Source of the DNA: Lingula anatina
Taxonomy: Eukaryota; Animalia; Brachiopoda
Length of the DNA: 64,000 nucleotides
Assembly (NCBI GenBank): GCA_051362555.1
Contig: CM120641.1
Coordinates: 35,098,401-35,162,400 of the forward strand
Reading direction: 5' to 3'
Below the pieces are notes generated by a model, which was given only the letters and a program-made list of their open reading frames with translations, was not told where the DNA came from and searched no databases. Within the stretch, counting starts at the first letter, position 1, and every line of letters begins with the position of its first letter. Below are positions 50,520 to 64,000 of the stretch, piece after piece. The position numbers and the translations under genes are program-made.

Positions 50520-53500
50520 TCACAGTTCATCATGACCTTGAGCATTTTCTTGGTTGTGAGTCTGAAATATAATATAAGTTCTTCAAAGTACATAGACAAA
50601 ACTAAGGGATTAAGATGCTACAGCAATCGTAATCAATTATAATACAACTTGTTCAAATCTTCATATCTACAACAGAATTTTGAAGGAAAGTTACGAATGT
50701 TTGTGTAATAATAAAACATAACAATGTGATTTTTAGTACAGACATGTAACTGTCCTGATAATGATGTCACACAATTCTGTATTAAAGGTGCATTCAGACA
50801 CAGTTCAATTTGGATCAATTTGGGTCCAGAATAAACCCATATAAGAAATTATCAACCAGTAATTCAAGTTGTCCTCACAGTGGCTCTCCAACTTAAAAAT
50901 CTGTCTGCATGTGACAACCAAAATCTTTGGTTGATTAATTTAACTGCCCAAGACCTAAAACTTCATTGGATAAAATATGTCTAAACAGGCACTAAGATAT
51001 AACTCGAAGGCAGAATAAAGAAAAAAATCCTTACAATCTTTGGTACTCTTTGCTTCAAATGACTGATGATATGGTTGGCATCTTGAAAGAGTTCCTCACC
51101 AAACATGTCCTGAAACAAGAATCAATTTTAAACTTCCTAATAGTTGTGTAACTTGGACACTTATATAAGAGATGAAATTTTTGGTTGGTTACAATTTGTT
51201 AAGAAGAAGATTTTGCCTAAATTACAGAGAAATGAATTATGACCAAAGAGAAAAGGTATGGCCTCTGACAGTAAGCAAAAATGGAAAGAAGTGTTTTTTT
51301 AGGAATTTTAGACCTCTGGCCCATCCTATACATATTATGGCAAAGACATCAAATAACTGTGATAGTTAAAGCACCAAATCATCCACGAGTACATCATAAC
51401 AAAACTTTTAAGCCCACTTACTTGCATGAATCCTGGAGTATGTGCCCCAGCATAAAACCTGACAGTGGGATATGCTCCTATACCAGCCTGCTGGCACAAC
51501 CACTGCTGTTCATCACAGTTGACTTTCCCTGCCCTCACACGACCTTCCAGAGCCTGAAATTTTGAATCAGAAACAAATATATATCCAGTCAAAATTACAA
51601 CTTTTTTGCTCTGACACAGCCAAACTTCTACAGCTCTTCATGATACATTGTCCTTAGCGGTAGATTGTGCACTCTCCAAATGCAAGAGCATATCAGCAAC
51701 ATTTTCATAGACCAGTCATCCATTTCATACAACTTAAATGACATGTTTTTGGTAAAATAACTTGTTGAGGGGTAAAAAAAAAAAACAGCCTTCACATTAG
51801 CAACACAGTCCAGGTCATTTTTAATCAACTTTCTATCACTCAACACTGCTCAACACAAACCAGGTGTTGTGCCAAAGTCTACAACTTAATGTTTTTTCAT
51901 ATCATATAAATACAAATATCTAAAAGAAGTTAAACCCCAATACTGTCGATTTTTTTTTTCATAAAGGCCAGTTGGTGATACTCATTACCATCAGGACTAC
52001 CGCCAAATAACAACATATTCAAATTTTAATTTTCGACTTTGCTCTCACCTCTGCAACCCTCTCAAACTCGGGTGCAAACACCTGGCAGTGGCCGCACCAT
52101 GGAGCATAGAAATCCACAATCCAGGGCTGAGACCCACCCAGAATTTCCTGAAATACATCCCAGCGGAGGATGGCCACTTTACTGGGGAGGAACTCGAATG
52201 CCCATGCTCTTAGACTCTCTGCATCTCTGAACCAGCCATTGTATATACTGAAATGAACAGGATTGGTTTTTCATCAATGCAGAGTCACTTACAAGTTTTA
52301 CAAGGGAAAGAATTCAATGACTTTTTTTCATAGATACTAAGATTGAACCAGAAAAAGTTGACACAAATCTACATAAATATTTTTTTTTAAATTGTAAAAA
52401 AAAAAAAAAAAAAAGAAAAAATCAGAAGTCATGAAAAGTCCTATGATATTCACATATGCTTACTACTGCCACTGCAGTCTTTTTCATACTTCAGCAGTAT
52501 TGCAACTAGTCACTACCACAATTCAATAAAAAGAATAAGGAGAAAAAGAACAAACTACTCACTGGAAAGATGCAGCATTCCTAGTACCCATAGGATAAAG
52601 TCTTATGGTGGGGTAAGAGTGGACATTCTGTTGTTGGCATACCGTCTTATGCTGCTGGCAGTCTACATGGGCCACTTTTACTTTAGCATTTTTCTTCAAC
52701 ATCTGTGAAAGAGGGGGAATCATTTGAATTCTATTTTATTATTAACAATCAGGAGTGCTCTTTTTGTCTTATAAGGCCATTTATTGTTTCACCATTAGAG
52801 ATATACATACACAATGGCCAAACTGTACCTCATTATTAGAGCAGCCTATATACTTCATTACAAAAAATTAGATCATCAGATGTTTCATTGGTGTCACATA
52901 ATGCACCAGCAGCCTGTTTGATTAAGCTTCAGTAAACTGCTCGGCTGCAACAACTCTGTTTTACTAGTTTCTTTTCCTAACAGACACCAAGCAATGTGAC
53001 ACAAGGGTTTATATTCTAATACAATTTTAATCAAAACAAATGAAGCATGCCACACTATTTATCCACACCGTGGGTAATGAAATGACAAAAAATCTTCATA
53101 TACCTGTATGCTACACTCAGTCAGTAAGCCTACCTTGGCTAGGCGCCTCCACTCTGGTGCCAGCTGCTGACAGGGACCACACCACGGGGCGAAGAAATCG
53201 ACCAACCAAATTTCATCTGGGGACTTGTTGCTGACATGCTCTTCAAAACTGGCAGGTGTAAGATGAATTACTGGTGGCTGGATGGTGTCCTGGGCACAAA
53301 TGAAAATGTTTGCATGTAAAATAATAGAGAGATACTGGAGGAGGAGGAGGTGGTGCATGTGCGTGCGTGCATGTGTGTGTGTGTTGAGGAGAGAGAAGAC
53401 CCATAAAATGTGTGCAAAATTAGCTCAGCATATAGGCATCATTTTGCATGTCCTATCATACAGATGGATATATTACGAAAATAACATATCACATATATAC

Positions 53501-56500
53501 AAATATCACTCAACTGCACACAGGCACACACACAGCTCTTTATCTATTAAGATTAGGTGACATTTCCAATTTACCTGTAAGAACTCTTTAATGGAATGAG
53601 CATTGTGATGTCCATGGAACTGGAATGGTGTGCTTTGGTTGTAGAAAATTGTGGTTGGATAGGACCTGATATTGTACTGAAAAAAAGATAAATATTTGAG
53701 TAATTAAATCAATTCCATTCACTGGAACATAAAATGAAATTGATTTTACCTAAGTGCTTTTGTCACATTTCATACAAAGCAACAACAGGTATCAGTTCAC
53801 ATTAGGTGACTTGTGTCACAAGTAGAGGAATATTTGTCTCCATACTATTGCAATTTCCAGCCTTCAAATTAACTGGTCTAGTTGTGTGTGGTGAAAATAA
53901 TCCCCAAGTTTATGTTTCTTAAATTCTAGTATATTTTCATGAAATGAACTTAAAATGTCAATAATGAAAAATCAAATGTTACCGTATGGCACAGTTGACT
54001 GTGTATAGTGCAGTCCACTGTACCGAAGTTTATACTCCTCATTGTCTTGGAAGCTTTCCTGAACTCTGGCAGAAGTTTCATACATGGAGGACACCACTAG
54101 CGAAAATAAATTAGAATCATGCCTTTACTGCTATGCTTGGTGTTTATGTGACCCATCTTATGGGAATTCAGATCCAAATGCCTGAATCAGACCCATATTC
54201 TTTTCTTAGAATAGACACTTCATATCAAAGTCAGATATGCTAAACTGGTGCAATAAATTATTTTTTAATAAATAGATTTCTACCTCCTTCTCCAACCCCC
54301 CCCCCCCAAAAAAAAAAATCAATGTTTTTCTCTACACCATATGTACAATATTTTTTTCTGAAAGACAAATTTATATAAATTGGTCAATTAATTTCCACAC
54401 TAATTGAAAGACAGGAATAAAAATTGCATGAGGAAAATGACTGTGCTTACTGGAGCAAAGAAGTCTACAATCCAGGGTTCTCTACTACTTATCACAGGAC
54501 TAGGGAAGTCTGTTGGACCCAGCATTCTCACTGGGGTGGAAGCACTGTCTTTGGCAAATGCTGCCACATCATGGGCAGAGAGACGACCTGTAATGACGAG
54601 ATCATTAGTCTGAATGTTATTACCATAGGTCAGAATGTTGAGACCAAAAACTCTATAAAATGAAATTTGAGCACAAGTCACATGGGTATTCATCCGTTAC
54701 AATTCTGCACATCAATCCATAACTACCAATTGCTTATATAAGCCTCTTTGCATTATCACTTATTTAATGTATTTAAATAATCAATGGGGTTTCACCTTTT
54801 TAAGGCTGGTAAAAATAATCAGAAAGTCATTAATGAAAATCCTGCTTTATCTCAACACACAAAAAAAATATCCCACAGGCTATTAAAAAAGATAAAACAA
54901 TATAGACACGAAAACTAATTTATTTTCATACAGAAAGCTTATTTCGACTTCTTGAATATAAAGCATCATCCCATGACCCTATTTGTTATATCTCTTTCTG
55001 ACTTATTACCTTTCTGACCTATTACCTTTCTCCTCTCCTTTAAAAAGAAAAAAATAATTAACTAAAATGAACTAAAATAACTCACCATGGTGGAACTCAT
55101 ATCCACCTCCACTCTTAAAAACTGCAAAGGTAGGTTTGTGGATATGAAACTCATTGCATTTGGACCTCTGCTTTCTGCAGTCAACACGGCCAACCTGAGT
55201 GACAAAGCATGTACTTTGTATTTTAAGATACACAGGACTGATCACTTATTACAGAGCATATATAAATGTGTGTGTGTGCATGCGTGCGTGCATGTATGTG
55301 CCCAGATACCTTTAACATATCTGCTAAACATTTATGATAAGAAATTAATCCATACATAAAATCATAAGCAAGGATTTAAACTTACATTCATTTCACCTAA
55401 AAGAGCAGGCAGTTTTCTCAGCTCCAGGTCATGTGTATCTCCCTCAACAAAATGAATGAGCCAGGCAGTGTCTGAGTTCTTTTTTAAATTTTCAACTATA
55501 TCCTGAAATAGTAAATTTTAAATTAGTTCAAATCACAAATTAAAAATAACATTTAAAATTACTTAATGCTGATGTCATTATAAGAAGTCTTACATCTAAA
55601 AGAGACCAAAAACACAGAAATTATCATTTTTGATTTAAATAACAATCTGGGAGAGTTACCTCAAATTTTTCTTTGTCCACTATTGTGACATCTGGTAATT
55701 GTTCCAGTATTCTAAATGCTGTTTCTTTGTACTCCAAACTGGTGATCTCCTGCAATATATTTTTCAAATATATGTAGACGTGAACTAGTCAGACAACATT
55801 CAATAATCTTTAAACCTATCTTTCCATCTATCTTTTAATATATGGTAAATGAAATGAACAAAACAAGGAATTGATGGCACAAACAACTATATTTTACATG
55901 TTCACAGGATGGGGAAGACATGGTTTTACACGTGCATTATATAAGTAGGCAAAAACACTGAACTGAGCATTTAGCAAAAATTACACTCGCCAGGCATTTA
56001 AAATCTTTTCTGGATAGCCGCATAAGCCTACAATGCCATGATGTGTATTTCAAAAACACTGTCATACAAATACTCTCTGTTCAAGATAAACTTACCAGTC
56101 CTTTATCTTTCTCAACCTCCCCTGGCTGGTAGAAATATGTACCATACTCCACGCCAAGCTTATTGCACAGTTTTGTTTGTGAAAAGCAATCAATAGATCC
56201 CACATTCACAAGCCCTGACTGAAAAAGATGTATAGGGAAAGTATTTTTATCTGTCATTCAAAAAATATATATAATGTAGTCATTTCCACTAATTGGACAA
56301 TATTATATTCAATTAACTTCAACATTTTTTATTTACATGACATTTTTCAAATTTGCCATGAAAAAAAAAACCCTACTTACCAGCATTGCTGCTAATTTTG
56401 TCAAAGTCTTCTTTGATAAACAATCTGAAACAAGGAATTCCAATCGTATAAAGTATAGCTTATGACAAAGTGCTTTACTTTTTTAGTGTCCTATTTATCA

Positions 56501-59500
56501 AATAATATTTAACAAGCCCAAACAGTTTAGTTCCATCAAATCTGTATGTTTCTTCAATTTTTGTTTATGACCCCTACACAATTTGCACTCAGCATTTCAA
56601 CTTCAAGTCACAATGTTTGAAATCACTTTAAATTATCTTTCAGTTGACATTATTGACTAACTGTAAATCTACACGCACTTACGCAGACTCACAAATGATA
56701 TACAATATACTCACATACAATATATAATTGACACATGGCAATCAAATGTATAATACATTAAGCCCTACCTCCTCCATCTCCACAAAAGGTAATCAACCAT
56801 GGAAAATCGGCTTTCTCCGAGTCTGTCAGTTCTCCCTTGAAATTACCAGTCCTAAGAACAGTCACTACAGCCTTCACTTGTCTCAAGGCATAATCAACAA
56901 AATCTGAAGCATCTCGGCCACCATAGTACCGTTCTCTCTATAGGAATGATTTAGAAATAGAATATATCAACTCAATACCATAAATATAATTTGAAAAATG
57001 AACTAATTTGTTTTAATTAATGCTTGTTGTCTTTCCCTTTATTATTTAAAAGAAACTAATTAGTTGCAATCAAAAGGTTCTGAAAATAAGCAGAGACACA
57101 AGTGTCAGGAATAAGCAACACATGTACTTTAATTTTAATACCATTTTTCCATTCAACACAAAATATAACCATAGGGAATATTTCATTTCTAAATCAGTTT
57201 TATAATGACTGACTAGACTTACACTAGGGTACAATATCAGAGATGGATAGGACCTTATTCCTTGTTGTCTACACAACATAATTTCATCACCACAGTTGAC
57301 AGCTCCGACTCTAATGACTCCCTCCAACTCTTTGGCTACGTCTCTCCACTGGAATGCAGAAATGTTTCTTGTATCTTCATTTTTTATCAGATAGTTACAT
57401 ATTGTTTTCTTTCATAAGTATTCGGTATATCATTTCATTACAATTATTTACAAACAAACATAAAAAAAAGAAGAAGAATGCACCTAAAAAAAAAAAGAAA
57501 ATGAAATTCCTTTAAAAACAACTTGACAAGCCTTTACAATTTTGTGTCATTCTAAACTTTTCTATACTGCCTGCACATCATTTTATATGTGCAGTGTGAA
57601 TGCAAGTATCAGGAGAAACACATTTCCTTTATAACTTCTAGTGTTTTGTTTTATAACTTCTAGTACAACACTGTATCTAAGCTTATAATTCAGACATAAT
57701 ATTATGTTGAACTCACTGTTGGTGCCAGATCATGACAGTGTGAACAATGTGGGGAGTAATAATTGATGAACCACACATCTCCAGCACTATCCACTGCTTG
57801 ATCTATAACAAATATTATAAATTCATATATGTACTTATACTGTCGCCTTTTAAACATGCACTATGTCTAATTGTTTTAAGTCTTACATGTTAAAACATTT
57901 CCTGAGATAAATGTACAAAATCATAGTTTTGTTTTTGAATTTTTAATCTTCTTCTGATTGATGAATATCAACACATTCTATTTATTCTGCAAACAAGAAT
58001 CTTTCATTCACACATGGTGTTCAGATATGTAAACAATCTTACCAAAGTCAGCCTTGCTTAGAGTGACAATTTCTGGGTCATCATCATATATCCCTGAAAA
58101 AAAATAACTTCTTAAAAGACTTCAATAATAAAAAAACACTTGTATACCTGGTTCACTCTGTTCTAATCAGGTAAGTTATTAGTTCACCAATTAAATTGAT
58201 TGCTCGTTACACAATCTAAGTTATTGCATATCTCCATACAGTCAAACATTTATAGGTAGGTGAATTTGGAATCAAGAGTTTTTTCCTAACTTTATCAGCT
58301 ATATCAATATCTTTCTGTTACATTGCCAAATATGGAATATGTGAGACATAATAAGGACAAATCTCCAGATAAAAACCTTAATGTCCCCATGCAGATTCCC
58401 ACAAGACAGACCACATGGGAATAATTTGCTCGAAATCTACAGTGTATTTATAAGATAGCTTTCATGAATTTTTCATTAAACACGAGATTAGAAAGTGACC
58501 TTAATATAAAAATATCATGACACAGCCATGTTCATAGTTTATTTTTTATATTTTACTAAATGAGCAATGTTGAAACAAAGAGAAAAGGTACTGTTATTAT
58601 ATATATATATATCACAATCGTGAGAAATGTGGGAATAACTATAATGAAGTAATTTATGAGATTATATCAGCACTAATGGAAACTTTATCATTTGATAATC
58701 AAGAGATATAAAGTAGTCTTTGTCATGCAAGAGGAAATAAAGCCTGGCTTTCAATAATTACAGGGTCCAGTATTATCATAAGGTGAGGAAGTTGTTCCTG
58801 TTAATTTTTTTCAGCAGTTAGTCTGTTTCATATATATAAAGGCAGACTAAAGGGTCCAAAGCAAAGAACAAACAAATATACAAGTTCTAGATAATTGCTG
58901 CTTCTGACATCTAAGAATTACAATGGTCAAAATCCAAGGCAAGAATTTCTGGCATTTAAATTCAGTACCTTCTGTTCTTATTGTAAAAATATAGGTAAAT
59001 AAAAGAAATAATTAATGCATATATAAATAATATTTTGATGGAAGTTCACCTGTGTAGACTTCTGATTATTTCAGATGCTAAAACTTCTCAATTTCTTCAC
59101 TTACTTGTATTATAAGTATAGCTCAATGACATTTCAATTAGAATATATGGGATTCAGACAAACATACCAAAATTTTGTTGGTAAAAGTTCCAACTTTCAT
59201 AATGTCCACCAAATTTGTTATCTTTTAATCCTTCTTCACCAAACATGTCATATTTCTTCCTTAGTTCTTCATCTTTCAGAACCTCATATGCACGGTTTAT
59301 TGTTGTGAATTTTTCATGAGCTTTTGGATCATCCTAGGTAACAAAAAGAATACTTCCATTTACTTTTTTAATGTAGTTTTTATGTTAGGAAAACCTTAAT
59401 TTCTATTACTAAATACTGGAATTGTTTAACATAAAATCTATAATCTAAAATAATCAAAACCCTATTAAATAAAAAAATATTGATTGCATATAAAAATACA

Positions 59501-59845
59501 TAATCACTCAATGTCTATGAGGTTTTGAATTTAAGCATAAAAAATTCCCAAATGATACTCGTTACTTCTTAACCTTATCTATTTGTTTTAAGTAACATAT
59601 ATACGAAGACAAAAAATTTAATCTTTCTATACAATACTTACCTTATTTTTATCTGGATGCATGCTAAGTGCTTTCTTTTTAAAAGCTTTACGTATTTCTC
59701 TGGCATCAGCATCTCGAGACACACCAAGCAGTTCATAATAATCTTCAGCTGAATTAACCGTACTTATAACAAGCAAAAGTAATATAACACATATCCAGGT
59801 AATTCTAGGTATGCAAGTCCTAGCCTGTTGTAACTTAGAGCTCAT
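50520..59845 (-). CDS. DNAJC10: DnaJ homolog subfamily C member 10 (ERdj5), ER J-domain/thioredoxin disulfide reductase, 793 aa
   Basis: 20 coding exons: 59845-59642 (signal peptide plus J-domain HPD), 59333-59168, 58093-58043, 57802-57717 (CSHC), 57348-57223, 56937-56769, 56424-56381, 56218-56096, 55749-55660, 55502-55386, 55194-55086, 54587-54451, 54096-53983 (CPPC), 53676-53575, 53289-53134 (CGPC), 52702-52563, 52247-52049 (CGHC), 51553-51422, 51109-51035, 50561-50520 ([13 protein letters not shown]-stop). Total 2382 nt in frame. Confidence 0.96.
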
Positions 59846-60426
59846 TATGGACTGGCTGATTCCCTCTTTTCTCTCCTAAAACGGATATTGAGAAGCAAAA
59901 AAAAATAGCTAAGTGCAAAAAGTCTCTGCCTCACAATTTATAAATCTTTAAATCCATATTTATATGTATATAACTACTGGTATCCATGTATTATAGATTA
60001 TGTAATCATATGTAATTTTTAAGACAGAAAGCTGGGACAAGGTTATATTTGGCAATTAACAGGTTATGATTTTTTTTTTTTTTTGTATTATAATACTATA
60101 ATATCTTTTAATGTTATAACTACTTGACTGTGTGTATATATTAGTATAGTGAAAAAATGAATGAAAGCATAGATCTAACAAATAGTCCATACATTCATGA
60201 ATTAATATTACTGCGGTGTTATAAGTACGGAGCAGAGTAAGATCTAGTAGTGTACTGAACAATTTTGCAGCTAATGGCAATGTACTACATGTAGTACAAC
60301 TTGTATTTTGCGAGCAAAGACTCCACAATTATTAGTTTAAATGATATAAGTTAAGTTCGTAAATGCTTATTTGCAAAAGTCATACAAACAATACAAAATT
60401 TATTAGAAGAAAACATCACACAGTAC

Positions 60427-60724
60427 CTTAATCGATATCACTCATTCATTGGTGAAGCTTGAAATAACTTTTGAAACTCTCACTTTCACCGACAGACCGG
60501 AAGTTGTAGTAACACGTGTCCTACGCATGCTCTACGACATTCTCTTTTTAGAAAAATAAAATTGATATTTGAGATTTTTGTCTTTATTTCTTCCAATATT
60601 CAAACTTGACAATCTCACCATAGAAATAAAAAAGCTTAAAGGCGGTATTTGATTGTTGCAAAAGTGATCGCTAATAATGATCAAGTACCCACTGACGTGT
60701 TTCATATTTTGATTTAGTTTTAAC
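60427..60724. promoter_or_regulatory. Bidirectional promoter region DNAJC10/JMJD8, including the probable DNAJC10 5' UTR exon
   Basis: Minus-strand donor at 60426 and acceptor at 59878-59876 imply a DNAJC10 UTR exon. JMJD8 ATG is at 60725. ETS motif ACCGGAAGT 60496-60504, CACGTG 60513-60518, TGACGTG 60693-60699; locally CpG-enriched. Confidence 0.65.
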
Positions 60725-61432
60725 ATGTGGCATTTTCATAGAAACATTTTGCTGTATTTGTGCTTTTATGTATTGCATTTTACGACACAGAATGAACAAT
60801 GTGATGGAGATTCATGTTCATCAGACGTTATGACTGATAAAAATGATGGCGGTTGGTAAGATACACTTAAACATTTGTTATGACTGAAGACACAAAACCA
60901 TTCGTCTGCATCAGTATTTGAAATACTGAGTAGTCGGTTTAAATTTTAATATTGTGCTGTGTAAATCATTCCCATGTAGATTTTTAGTGTGGACAATGCT
61001 TATAGTTGGAAATAGGATAGGGTGATTTTCTTTTTGTATGCCTAAAGACACTCATTGGTCTCCATTTGAAACCGGCCGGCGAACGTGAGAATTTACACGG
61101 ACTACGAATACCACCACAGACAATGACATTGGCCGAGTCTGAGATGGCAATACGGTTTTATGTGTGACCTTTAATTTTGATCTCATGAAAAAATAACGTT
61201 TTATTTGGGTCTACCACAAGAAAAAAGTTAAAAAATTATTAAAGCATTTACACATAGCAAATTCATCAGTGATAATTATTTGCATTATTTTAGGTACACA
61301 GATTTTAGGGAGCAGGTTGCCAAGCCTGGACCTTGCAATGTTGAAAGAGTTGAAGCTGCAACTTTGACTCAAGAAGATTTTATTAGAAAGTAACTTGTAT
61401 TCAATTTCATTTGAAATAAAAATGTGTTATTG

Positions 61433-61475
<43 letters not shown>

Positions 61476-63758
61476 TAAATTAGCGAAAATATACCTTGAA
61501 ATACATTATTCAGCAATTGTGTAGCAAATGTTTTATACTGAAAAGAAAAATAAAATACTTATATGAAAAAATAATTATGATCGATATTACAGGAAAAAAT
61601 ACTTTACTGTAGTTAAAATGATGATCTTATGCATATTTTTCATTATTTCCATCCTTAGATATGCTTACACTGCCCCCGTGGTTATATCTGGAATTAAATA
61701 TAATGAGGTAATCTTCATCAGTTGCCATGATTTGTTAATTTTTGACTCTGTTATAAATAAATGAACCACTAGAAGCATATTTCCATCTGTGACTTAGATT
61801 TTTTCAATTTAATCATTTTTTGCTTTTTTTGCAACACGTACACTTATTTATAGAGATACATGTGATATGGTGGAACTATTTGTTTTACTCTACACTGTCA
61901 GAAGTCTTATTTTCATTTACTGGTACACTGGTGTGTGTTTACTTAGAGGTGTTTACCATGCTCAGGAATGATTTTATGATTTCAGGAATTTAGAAAAATG
62001 TGCAGTAAGCAAAATATGTTGAGAGAATTTGGCAGCAAAACTATACGTCTTAGCTCTGCCAATACTTATTCCTATAAAAAAGGTAAGTCTTTACAACTTT
62101 GTTTTTCTACTCAAAATGAAGTTCATATAAGCTTTGTATCACTGTGAGATGTGGAAATTACTTTTCAATGGGAAAAATCATGAATTTTACAGGTACTGTA
62201 TTTATAAAGTCATAAATTCTTCAAATTAAAACATACAATTGAAAGGTAGTAACAAAACTGAAAAGCAGGCTACCTCAAAGTTTCATTCTATACAATTAAA
62301 GCACCACAAATGCAACACAAACATATATTTTTGATGCTTTCAAAATAAATATATCTGAAACATTTAAATGTTAAAATATCTTTTCCCCATTGATAACAGT
62401 ATCATCACAGTATTTGAGTGAAATCTTTGATAAGACAAAAAAAAACACAACCCTCCTTCTTTATATTTCAGTTGATGTCACACTACGGGAATACGTAGAA
62501 AATATATTAAAGCCACAAAGTTTGTACACATTAGGAAATGGTAAGTAACTTTTCCTAAACATAGGCATGTTATGAATTATTTCAGTGGCATTTTTTTTCT
62601 ATTCTGGTTGGTGCAACATATTCCTTGTATGTCATACTGGTATGTTGCATGGGGACACATTTTTCTCCTCAATTTACACTGGTCTTCTTATTTCATTTTT
62701 ATTTTAGAAACACTATACTGGTTTGGTGATAACAACTACACAGAGTGGAGTGATCTGTTTGAGCAGTATAACCAGCCACAGTGGAAACTACCAAAGACTG
62801 AAGGAGTGCTTAGCTTTGGGCTTGCAGGTAAGGTGTCCACTGAAGTACATGTAGTCTAGGGCATATAGTGACAGCAACATCTACTAGGGAACCTATATTC
62901 CCCATGGATGGACAGCGATATTCCTCTTATCTTGGGTGCTAGATTTATAAAACCCGACAAGGTGAAATAAAATTTGACTTTGGTTTGAAACTACCAGTAT
63001 AATAGCTTCTTTGAAAAGCACCCAAGGAATCCTTACACAGAACCTTTTATGAGTGACATTTGAAATAAGATCTTTTTTCTTACAGCAATTTTACTTCATT
63101 TGAAATGCTGATATTTGGCATTATATTTCACATTTTTTTTCAATTTTTCTGGAAAGGTGCCGGTACAGGTGTACCTTTCCATTTTCATGGGCCAGGGTTT
63201 GGAGAAGTCATTTATGGGAGAAAGGTAAGGTATTACACCATTACAAATGTGTATCAGTTAGGAGAAACATGCATTGGTTTTATCATTTTTGTGTGTCTGT
63301 TTTTGTTTAAGATTTGAGAAGGCATTATAAAATGATTTATTCAGGCATGTTTCTTGTTTTTTGTCAGAAACGTTATTTCCAAAGCATCAGTTTCAATAAG
63401 TTCTGCAATACACTTATGGTTGGACCATTTTGGTTTTAGCAAGTTGTTCAGCTAGTTCTCTCACCTGATTGTTTTCCTAGCAAGCATTTCATTAAAATTT
63501 CAACAAACATGTCAGTTTTATCCTAGCAATAAAACTGTTTTATCGTGGAAGTATATTTGATAAAATTCCCTCATTTTATCAAAGTGATAAATCTACATTT
63601 TTTTCTTTTTTTTTTCATTCCAGCGCTGGTTTCTAACTCCTCCTGAGCAAAAGCCATCATTTGACCCAGACCAGACCACTCTTCACTGGTTAGTGAACAA
63701 TTACCCACATCTAAGTGAAAATGAAAAACCTCTTGAGTGCACAATTGGACCAGGAGAT
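60725..63758 (+). CDS. JMJD8: JmjC domain-containing protein 8, partial (final exon outside the window)
   Basis: Exons 60725-60855 (signal-peptide-like MWHFHRNILLYLCFYVLHF..DGGW), 61294-61389 (GPCNVERV), 61659-61707, 61986-62082 (IRLSSANTYSY), 62472-62540, 62708-62827 (ETLYWFGDNNYTEWSDLF..SFGLAG), 63157-63224 (GTGVPFHFHGPGFGEVIYGRK), 63624-63758 (RWFLTPP..PLECTIGPGD). The motifs are typical of JMJD8 and the phases are consistent. Confidence 0.93.
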
Positions 63759-64000
63759 GTAAGTAATTTTTTTCAGTCTCATACAGGGCTTTTCCCAGGA
63801 TTTTAGGGAAAAGGCTATCCAAAATTATCACCTGTAATTTCTTACAAAATTGCAGGGAGTCCAAGCCATCATTTTTTCAAAAAGATTCACAAGCTGTACA
63901 GCCGTCTTTGAAAATATTGGCCGTCTAGAGATGCCAATTGATTGCTGAAAAAAGCCGTGGTCTCATATTATGTTAGTTGAAACTTTTAATTATTTAGTTT

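Noticed and set aside
51628-51846. Intronic minus-strand ORF ending in HEEL-stop, a possible alternative ER-retention tail for DNAJC10
   Set aside because: Only a weak AAG acceptor is in phase, it would truncate the last thioredoxin domain, and a proper HDEL exon exists at 50561-50520.

Overview
AT-rich, intron-rich animal (invertebrate-like, species not determinable from sequence) genomic DNA with four spliced protein-coding genes. Exon boundaries were read by hand, checking GT-AG ends and reading phase. (1) The 5' part of an SLC4 Na+-coupled bicarbonate transporter (NDCBE/NBCn/NDAE1 type), minus strand, ATG at 20919, running off the left edge. (2) A complete ZC3H15 (DFRP1), plus strand, 37097-48689, 11 exons, 431 aa. 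(3) A complete DNAJC10/ERdj5, minus strand, 59845-50520, 20 coding exons, 793 aa, ending in HDEL. (4) JMJD8, plus strand from 60725, last exon beyond the right edge. SLC4/ZC3H15 and DNAJC10/JMJD8 are head-to-head pairs. The introns hold several foldback PIF/Harbinger-like MITE families (two insertions with their empty site visible inside the window), a hAT-like MITE, a Penelope-like remnant with two decayed hammerhead motifs and a 12-bp TSD, a ~4-kb TIR-bounded composite element carrying a ~160-bp satellite array, and minisatellites. I found no clearly new biological system. The most interesting signals are candidate unannotated SLC4 alternative exons, a duplicated decoy splice acceptor, a core motif shared between unrelated MITEs, and the composite element.
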